This document shows, one piece after another, positions 54,270 to 64,000 of a DNA stretch of 64,000 bases. The notes beneath the pieces were generated by a model that ran no database searches, was not told the DNA's origin, and was given only the letters and a program-made list of their open reading frames with translations. The stretch's first letter is position 1, and every line of letters begins with the position of its first letter. A program made the translations under genes and the position numbers. The stretch is from positions 71,796,001 through 71,860,000 of the forward strand of contig OX597830.1 of the NCBI GenBank assembly GCA_951406725.2, written 5' to 3'. The stretch comes from Octopus vulgaris. Lineage: Eukaryota.

Positions 54270-54452
54270 CTTTATCGATCGCATTTTCACCTGGAATCGA
54301 TTTTTGTAATTTTTTCAAGACTTATACACGACCCGATACTGTCGATATCTACATATCAAATTTGAGCGGATGGAAGATGCCCGAGATCCTAGAAGATACA
54401 CACACACATAGACAGACAGAACGGATTTTATACTATATATATATATAATGAT
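54270..54452 (-). mobile_element. Probable Helitron 5' fragment
   Basis: Minus strand tc..tatatatagtataaaatccgttctgtctgtct resembles the heads at 12029 and 23403. Confidence 0.4.
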
Positions 54453-54952
54453 ATATAATGCGTACTCACAGAATACAAAATATGCATAGACAGTACAAAA
54501 AGCACTTATACATGACGCACAGAAATGTAACGTATACACAGAACATCCGCATACACAATATAAGACAAACAAACATAATGCATACGAACTCACTTTAATA
54601 TATACATACAGTTCGTGTACACAAACCAACACAATACAACAAACATACGTACACAAACGCAAAACAATCACAATAACAAATATAAGATAATAAATGTAGA
54701 ATGTGAATAAATGTGCCATGAGGAATATCTATGACTGATACGGTATCATTGTTAAATACAAAATGGAATAATTATATAATGAGACCGAGAAGGTGTGGTG
54801 AAGGAGGGGGTGGTGGTGTCGGGAGTTGGTGGGTGGCTGGGTGGTTGGGGGGGATGAAGTTGCTAGATACCTTGGTAGATGGAGTTGAAAGGGGAGTGAT
54901 TTAATAAAGATGGTGATGATGGGGATAAGAATGGTTATGTCGATGTTGATGG

Positions 54953-54985
<33 letters not shown>

Positions 54986-55394
54986 CGATGACGAAGGGCT
55001 GATGTTAAGTGTCATCATCGTTATCCTCAATGATATCGACGGTAACGATGAAGAGGAGAGGAGAAAAAAAGAGGACGTGGAGGTGCTGGATTATGATGAT
55101 AATTATGCGGTTGGTGATAATTAAGGATGTTGATGATAATGATAACAATGGTAGTAAGTTACTGCTTCTGCTGATGGTGATGGTGATGATGAGGATGATA
55201 AAAACGACGGTGAGGATGAAGAGCCCAATAGCGATAAAGGTTACGATGTCATAAACGAGCAAAATCTAAAGGAGCAATAATAACTGCCAAACTCCGTTAA
55301 ATGTGTTTTGCAATATAAACATTTTTCTGCTATGAAGGAAGCAATATTTTGTAATTACGATTTAGATTACAAGGAGAAGAATATTTTCTTCTCT

Positions 55395-55777
55395 ACTCTA
55401 GGCACAAGACCCAAAATTTTAGGGAGGTGGGGCCAGTCGATTAGATCGGCTCTAGTACGCAACTGCTACTCAACCCCGAAAAGATGAGGCAAAATCAACC
55501 TCGGAATTTGAACTCAGAACGTAAAAACAGACGAAATACCGCTAAGTATTTCGCTCGGCAAGCTAACGTTTCTTATTTCATAACTGCCCACAAGGGGCTA
55601 CACACAGAGGGGACAAACAAGGAGAGACAAACGGATTAAGTCGATTATATCGACCCCAGTGTGTAACTGGTACTTATTTAATCGACCCCGTAAGGATGAC
55701 GAAATACCGTAGCGGCAGACGAAATACCGCTAAGAATTTCGCCCGGCGTGCTAACGTTTCTGCTAGCTCGTTGCCTT
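55395..55777 (-). mobile_element. SINE family B dimer (young unit joined to old unit)
   Basis: Junction gaaata|agaaacgttagc near 55573; the second unit has the older tail. Confidence 0.85.
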
Positions 55778-56227
55778 AGGGAGTATTATTTTCTGAGCCA
55801 CTTCTGAAGTTAGATACATCGTTTATTGTTAAATGAAGCGCAGGATCTCGAACGTTGTATTTGTTCTTTATAATAATCCAGCGAGTGAACGAAGGGACCC
55901 ATCGGGCTGGCCCGCTCGCTCGATTATAAATAGCAGCCAACTCTATCTCAAATTACAGTCGGCATTCTTAAAAAAGAACAGTACCTAATGTAGTTTTCGA
56001 TCTCCTGTGCGTGAAAAAAAGGAATAGTCTTCAACTAGAATGCCGTTAAGAAAAGCTGAATAAAAGCTGAAATCAAGTTGGACCATCACCAACACAACAA
56101 TAAAAACAACTAATTCTTCTACGACTTAAACATCAGGCAAAAACTTCCGTAGGATTTCCGCCAGTCCCTGGGCAGCACAGGTCCATGCATCGACTAGAAT
56201 CTCTTTCAGTTGATCCGGTGATGCCTT

Positions 56228-56536
56228 GTTGTTTGCTTGTTCCTTCTCGAGCCACGCCTGGCTCATAAGAGCCGGTTTCCCGGTTTCCTTGGTGTATAGA
56301 TTCCCCTCCTAGACGGGACGCCGGTCCGTCGCAGGTGAGCTGCAAGATGCAGGAGGAAAGAGTGAGAGAAATTTGTGGCGAAAGAGTCAGCAGAAGTTCG
56401 CCATTACCTTCTGCCGGAGCCGCGTGGAGCTTAGGTGTTTCGCTCATAAACACACACATCGCCCGGTTTGAGATTCGAACCTGCGATCCCTCGATCGCAA
56501 GTCCGCTGCTCTAACCACTAGGCCATGTGCCTCCAC
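56228..56536 (-). mobile_element. SINE family D (V-domain-like) with 13-bp TSD
   Basis: A box TGGCCTAGTGG, B box GGTTCGAATC, ctgcgacggaccggcgtcccgtc; TSD CCGGTGATGCCTT at 56215-56227 and 56537-56549. Confidence 0.92.
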
Positions 56537-57476
56537 CCGGTGATGCCTTACCGAAAATCCTTTTTATGAGACATCATTTTCCCCTTATTGAGGTTTTCAT
56601 GTAAACGCACACTCCTGTGACACACCTGTGCTTACGCAAAGATCAGTTCTCAGCCACCAGACCGAAACAATGATAAAAAAATATTTTATCCAACTTTTTG
56701 AGTTCACTTTTATTGCAACTTTGAGGACATTAACCCAATACCCTTCCCTTTAATGCCGATATGGCAGAAAAGAATACCCTAGTTTGCTTACTATCATCTC
56801 TGCCTTTCTTGTTGTTTAACATAAGGTCAGCTTTGACCAAGCAGACATACGATGAAATAAATTGCAATTGTGACTAATTCACCTATTTATGTTACCTAAA
56901 ACTATATTATATAATGTGTTTTTTTTTAAAGACGAGATGAAACTTGAGGAAGAATTGGTTGCCTTTATTATCAAGTCGATCGAATACAAATACATCACAT
57001 ACTCCGATTACCAATGTTGCTATCATTGTTGTTGTTATTATTACTTCTGTAACTGAAGACAAGTGGCTACCACCCATTCGCACCCCAAGCCCAGCAAGCA
57101 AAATAGCAGTTGCTATGATTAACAGAAGACCTATTGTTATGTACGAAAAAGACAATCAAAGTGTGGATGTGTAAATCCAACAAGTACTTCAGGTGGGTTA
57201 CATCCCATATACATAGGTTGCCAGAACAGGTGAAGAAATTCAGATATATGTGTGACAAGTGCAAAGACGTAAAACACATTACCAGGAGGTTTTCTGTTTG
57301 ATGGCTTTAGTAAATGTCTTCATGAGCGCACTTAGATTTTCTTCGAAACTTATCACCTTTGACTATCTCATAGATTGTTTTGTTGTTCCATCGTTCGAAA
57401 GCGTTTTGACACGACAGTTGCTAGTTTATGATGAGTCTTTTCTTTTCGAGAACAGTTTTGATTCACCTAGGGTGTT

Positions 57477-57722
<246 letters not shown>

Positions 57723-57958
57723 CAGACACACACACATATGTACATGTGTGTGTGTGTGTGTGCATGTGTGTTTTAGGGTGGGTGGATGGATGGATTAATA
57801 CTCACATATACGCACCTGCGCACCTCACCTACTTGCACGAATATAGTGACGGGTGGTCATTGAAATATTTTGAAATAGAATTTTGTCCTTCCATAAATAT
57901 TTACATGAAGCGCAAGACTCGAGTAACTCCGAGAAGCAACAAGGAGTAATCTCAGCAT

Positions 57959-58006
<48 letters not shown>

Positions 58007-58007
<1 letters not shown>

Positions 58008-58218
58008 GATGGGTGCTGAGAAATTCCTGGCTTTAAGGATTTCACGAAAGACCTGGATGGAGGCCCAACCTTCCGAGTTCTTTTAGAGGGTTTAGAAAAG
58101 CCGAAGGACCGTTGCAATAAGTGCGAATCTGAGAGGGGGTATGTTGAATAAAATTATTATTAAGTGATCCTCTTGCATTTTCTTTTACCCAAAGCCAGGA
58201 ACTTTTGAATACTTCTCA
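58007..58218 (+). mobile_element. mariner-derived MITE
   Basis: TIRs cgatgggtgctgagaaattcctggcttt / aaagccaggaacttttgaatacttctc; FFLEGLEKPKDRCNKC..LRGGYVE* C-terminal remnant. Confidence 0.75.
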
Positions 58219-58273
58219 CATTTGCGTGTGTGTCTGTGTATATATATGTGTGCATATATACATATACATATAG

Positions 58274-58707
<434 letters not shown>

Positions 58708-58892
58708 GAACAATCTTACTTAGAAATGGATGCGTGCGTTCCGTCATATAATAAATTAATAAATAAATAAAACATATGCATATATACATACATATATGTA
58801 CGTACCTACCTCTACATGTATATATACATGCATATATGGGTACAGGACACCAAAAAGAAAAAAAACGTCGAACACAAAATATATATATATAT

Positions 58893-59039
58893 AGCCTTGT
58901 GTCAAAATTAGAAAACAGCTTGTAATCCAAACAACATTTAAAATAACGGCAAAGGTATTCTATTAATTCCTGCATTATTCTCTAAATTAACCAAAACAGA
59001 ATCACTGCATTTCAAACAAAATATTTGCTAACGAAAGGG
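58893..59039 (-). mobile_element. piggyBac-type MITE end
   Basis: CTAACGAAAGGG|TTAA; resembles the start of 3259-3480. Confidence 0.55.
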
Positions 59040-59382
59040 TTAAAGTATGACACGAGAAAAAAAAATTTAGTTGTTATTTCTAGTAGGTCGTGTGACCACG
59101 TACAGATGATACTCGTTTGATGCTGTTGATGACATGAAAAATATATGAGTTTTTTTTTTTCAAGTTACCATTTCCTCTTCTCACTCAGTTCAAAGAGCTC
59201 TTGAAATTATCTCCATGGACAATAAATATTGGAATTTCTCTTCTATTCCCCTTTCATCTCATTTCCCTTCACTCCAAATATTTCAATCTTACTTCTTCAA
59301 CCTTTATCTTTTCTTTTTTATTCTTTTATCTTTCTTTTTTTTCTCCTCCTTTATTTCCTTCTTCTTCTATCCTACCACCACG

Positions 59383-59413
<31 letters not shown>

Positions 59414-60363
59414 TTTTCTCTCATTCATAGCATTCGTCTTTTTCCAAAGATTTTTCATCTTAGTCTCTTCTTCAAACTCTTTCGTTTTCTTCTTGAATTC
59501 TTCAGAGTACTACCCTACAAATCTTCCTTTTTCCTTCCTTCCTTCCTAGCCTCCAAGCCCTTCCCTTTCGCCTTTCTCTTTTCTTTCTTTTTTCCCCTTC
59601 TTTCATTTTTTTCTTTCATTCTTTCTTTCTTTCTTTCTTTCTTCCTTTCTTTCTATCATTCTTTCTTCCTTTTTTTTTATTTGTTTTCTCTCATACACGC
59701 ACCTTTCTCTTTCTCATTTCGACATGAATGCATTCTTACACACATATATACACATTCATACATATAGCACACACACACATACACACCTGTGTGTATGTTT
59801 GTGAGTGTATGAGTGTATACACATAGAAGAACACACATACAAACATATATTCATTAATACACACATACACGCACACATACACACACACACACACAGACAC
59901 ACACACACAGAGACACTCACGCATATACACTATCTCGTAGGGAGAATGCTTTTAAATCATAGATTTGCTCAACCAGGGCTGAACAAGGTCCACACAACAA
60001 CAACAACAGCTACAGCAACAACAAAACCCCCCAAAAAACACTACCACCTCCACAACACCAACAATAAGTACAGCTACAACGAAGACCTCAGCAACAACAA
60101 CAACAAACTTACTTCACTGGCATATATTCCATCGACCCGGGAGGAATGAAAGACAAAGATGACCCTAGCAGAATTTGAACTGGTGATTTGGGGGTACACA
60201 GGATAATATGTAATATTTATTAGGTTTGGCAAGATGATACTATTGTGAATGTGAATATGACAACGAAGAAATAGCAGCCATTTCTCCCTGAAAGCCACAC
60301 ACCGTTTTGAACAAAACAGGAGAAAACAAATGACGCACTATATGGGTAGTCTTAAACCTTAGC

Positions 60364-60433
<70 letters not shown>

Positions 60434-60578
60434 TGGTGGTGGTGGTGGTGGTGGTGGTGGTGGTGGTGGTGGTGGTGGTGGTGGTGGCGGTGCTGGTAGT
60501 AGTAGTAGTAGTAGTAGTAGCAGCAGCAGCAACAGCAGCAGTAGCAGTAGTAGTAGTAGTAGTAGTAGCAGCAGCAGC

Positions 60579-60610
<32 letters not shown>

Positions 60611-60620
60611 TAGTAGTAGC

Positions 60621-60660
<40 letters not shown>

Positions 60661-60692
60661 ACAGCGGTAGCAACTGTAACGGGAGCAGCAGT
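60364..60692. repeat. Compound (GTA)n/(GTG)n/(GCA)n trinucleotide array
   Basis: Directly visible; followed by a 30-nt family C SINE head at 60693-60722. Confidence 0.95.
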
Positions 60693-60849
60693 GGAGGCGC
60701 AATGGCCCAGTGGTTAGGGCAGGAGGAGGAGGAGGAGGATCAGCAGCAATAGTAATACACTATTCATATAACTTCAATCCTCGTTTATCATGGGATTAGG
60801 TTCATCTCTGCATATTATATAAATAGAACGAATGCTATAGTCATTGTTA

Positions 60850-61700
60850 TCAGACGCGTGGACGGTCAAGTATTTTCTTGATCATCTCTACAATTTCCAG
60901 TGGATAATGCATTATTTTGCATCGTTTTTGTGAACCAGGCACCTTCGTACTTTTTTCTGTTCACTGGTTCCACGCAGATAGTTCCGAGTACGTAAATCTG
61001 TATTATTCATTTTACGCGAATCTGAATTTTAAAAGATTCACGTAGCATAGAGATGTATTGACAAATACAAGAGATAGTCAATGAATTTCAAGCAGCTGAG
61101 CATTGTAGATGGTCACTGGGGTATATATTTTGCGGTACATGTAGATTCTCTGACTGATTGTTGACTCGCGTTAGAAAAGATCAACCCGTGATAAGCGTAA
61201 CATGGTTCACAATTGAGTGCTTAATATTGGCAGTGATGGATTACCCAGTGATAAACGAAGTAACATGTATAGTCCGCGTAAGTAGGAATATTCTTAGCTT
61301 TTAGTTAGGAGCAAAGGCAATGAACATGAGCCGTTGCTTATTCTCAAATCATAAACACTTTTTACTTGTAGCAGTGGACGTCCATATCCTCGTATCACAT
61401 ACAACACTCAATCTATCATATTTAAGCCTATTTTATTACATGCTCAATCCACACTAGTTCTGCAAGACACCGATACTTCAAGAACCAAAGTTAATTTTGC
61501 TATGTCACGTTACGCTATCGGACGAAGACTAAATTTTATCATTGCATTGCAGTTTGGTAATTCAAGCGTTTTCTTCAAGTACATTTGTATCTTCTGTAGC
61601 ATCTTTAAGCAACAGTATGTGCCTCGACTTTTCTTTGTTTAATCTCCTATGTTATCTCTTTTAATTCTCCTTCTGGAAAACTGAAGTGCAACTTGTAACA
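60850..61700 (-). pseudogene. Possible highly degraded hAT (Tip100/ZMYM-like) transposase
   Basis: Frameshifted traces FSL..DS.T.DIAK..LTLVL (~61500-61535) and VHC-FAPN (~61310-61325), in the order expected for FS..DE.TD / VHC.AH motifs. Confidence 0.35.
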
Positions 61701-61716
61701 TGGTATTCTAATTTGA

Positions 61717-62135
61717 AGGCGGTGAGCTGGCAGAATCGTTAGCACGCCGGGTGAAATGCTTAGCGGTATTTCGTCTGCCGTTACGTTCCGAGTTCAAAAT
61801 TCCACCGAGGTCAACTTTGCCTTTCATCCTTTCGGGGTCGATAAGTTAAGTACCAGTTACGCACTGGGGTCGATATAATCGACGTAATCCGTTTGTCTGT
61901 CCTTGTTTGTCCCTTCCGTGTTTAGCCCCTTGTGGGTAGTAAAGAAATAGGTATTTCGTCTGCCGCTACGTTCTGAGTTCAAAATTCCGTCGAGGTCGAC
62001 TTTGCCTTTCATCCTTTCGGGGTCGATAAATTAAGGACCAGTTACGCACTGGGGGTCGATATAATCGACTTAATCCGTTTGTCTCTCCTTGTTTGTCCCC
62101 TCTATGTTTAGCCCCTTGTGGGTAGTAAAGAAATA
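61717..62135 (+). mobile_element. SINE family B dimer with TSD around both units
   Basis: Junction gaaata|ggtatttcgtc at 61949/50; GGTATTCWAATYTGA at 61702-61716 and 62136-62150. Confidence 0.9.
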
Positions 62136-62310
62136 GGTATTCAAATCTGATTCTGAAAATCTTGACAATGTTCCGTAGTTGTTATAGGAATTCTGTCTGG
62201 ATACTCAAGTGATAGCCAAGCCAACGATCATACTCAGCAAATCAATGACTTGAAACACAAAAGAACATGTCATAGTATTTTATGACATACACCCCAGTAC
62301 CAGTTTGCAG

Positions 62311-62658
62311 TTGTGGTTTTTGAGCCATTTCTTAAGTATGGATCCCTTTTGGTAACTATTTTATTCTTTTGGACCCCCATAACCATTTGATGTTTACCAA
62401 ACAAGTTTTATAGAGACGTCTTTCAAAATTCCTATTTTCACACTTTCGCTTCTATAGGTTTACAATAATCCTCTCTGAAAGTACATGTTTCAGTGTCCAG
62501 AACAAAGAAGCCTAGTTGTTTCTGACAATAAATTCATCTAAAGCAAACCCTTAAAATACTAGTGTGGACCCACAATTTACTACTTTGCTTGCATGCCCCC
62601 CCCCATAACTCCTATGTGGTCCCTCGGGGATTATGTGGACCCTGGTTGAGAGACTCTG
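62311..62658. mobile_element. hAT-Charlie-like MITE
   Basis: gtggtttttgagccattt...atggatccc at left, ggaccctggttgagagactctg at right; repeated ggaccc subterminal motifs. Confidence 0.55.
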
Positions 62659-63651
62659 CTTTACAGAATCATTTAAGCCTAATGCTTTAATGATATGTTT
62701 CCCTTCTTCAGGAAGATGAATTCTTCAAGAAGATGAATCCTCACAGACCTTTACTATTCGGGTTGGATATCCCCTTCTATATTTATCTGAATCCATCGTA
62801 TTTGTATAGTACTGTACTTCTTATAGATCGAACAAGTCTACAGGTGTTCCCTGTTTGAGGGTTTGTGGTTTTGCTTCTAATATATGAGTGCTTCATATGC
62901 ATACATACGTACTACATACATACATACATACATACATACATACATACATACATACATACATACATACATACATACATACATACACATATGTACGCGTGAC
63001 TGCCTGTGTCTCACTGCTAGATAGTGTCATTTGGGGGCCATTGATGGGGATGGGGGTGATATCTTCCACACTGGTATAGTATAACTGATATCTTCTCTCA
63101 CAACATGGAAGTTTGGGCCATTTTTGTCTCTATTGTTTATCAGGTATTTAGCAACTATCCCGCTCCTGGATATACTTTTTGGTAGTAAGTAGGAAGTTCT
63201 GTATTTCGCAACACTCCAGGAAAAGGTACTGTTCTCACCAATGCTGTTCTTCTCATATAGTTTGCAGGAATTATACTCATGCGTTGTTCTCTGTTAATGC
63301 GATGAGTGCTTCTCCAAACTTCAGTGTAGGCAGGTCGGTCCAGGTTCCGTTAGGCCACGTGAGACAGTTATACGCTCAGAGAACCTGCTCAAGAGTTATT
63401 TAATGCCTTACTCAGATAATGTGTTCTCATTTTGGTTCGGCATTTAATGTACTCATTTCTCTATCTCTTCAGTAGGTTTTGCTTTGGTGATAAAATGCGG
63501 TATTGAAAATCTGATAAAATGCGGTATTGAAAAATGCGGTATTGAAAATAAGGATGACCTTATTTTTCTGCCACCAAATTTACTTCTTAAATAAATCCTA
63601 TTGGTGTCATTATTATGCGCAAATTACTGCATAAAGAGCTGACAACCACCC

Positions 63652-63662
63652 TGTATGTATGC

Positions 63663-63695
<33 letters not shown>

Positions 63696-63762
63696 TGTAT
63701 GTATGTATGTATGTATGTATATGTGTGTATATGTATGTATGTATGTATGTATGCATGCATGC

Positions 63763-63795
<33 letters not shown>

Positions 63796-63862
63796 TGTAT
63801 GTATGTATGTATGTATGTATGTATGTATGTATGCATGCATATATGTATGTATGTATGCATGC
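63652..63862. repeat. (TATG)n microsatellite
   Basis: Directly visible. Confidence 0.95.
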
Positions 63863-63870
63863 ATCTATAT

Positions 63871-64000
63871 ATATTTCTTTACTACCCACAAGAGGCTAAA
63901 CACAGAAGGGACAAACAAGGACAGACAAACGGATTACGTCGACCCCAGTGCGTAACTGGTACTTAATTTATCAGCCCCGAAAGGATGAAAGGTAAAGTCG
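63871..64000 (-). mobile_element. SINE family B, cut by the window edge
   Basis: tatttctttactacccacaag...cgaaaggatgaaagg. Confidence 0.85.

Noticed and set aside
63489-63550. Three copies of aaaatgcggtattgaaaa; similar short duplications at 4278-4317, 5488-5526, 12625-12684 and 42262-42330
   Set aside because: Local slippage duplications without unique spacers; not CRISPR-like

Overview
AT-rich, microsatellite-dense animal genomic DNA; the SINE families and simple-repeat load look like an Octopus/cephalopod genome (recognition, not a database result). No long intact CDS is present and almost all tracked ORFs are microsatellite artefacts. The window is a mosaic of tRNA-derived SINEs (four related groups, labelled A-D here), truncated LINEs (R4/Dong, RTE, CR1, possible L1/Tx1), Penelope-like remnants, non-autonomous Helitrons and DNA transposon remnants (mariner, Tc1, hAT, piggyBac, pogo-like). 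Splice and promoter signals suggest most of it is intronic to a minus-strand gene (putative TSS near 49531, exons near 49.4 kb, 41.6-42.1 kb and 1.45 kb). The most notable signal is a set of short elements carrying minimal hammerhead-ribozyme motifs, each embedded in (TA)n arrays. One hammerhead is split across both strands, and one locus has convergent hammerhead-like motifs. A Dong LINE in (AAT)n has a perfect snap-back hairpin, and one SINE family repeatedly nests in itself.
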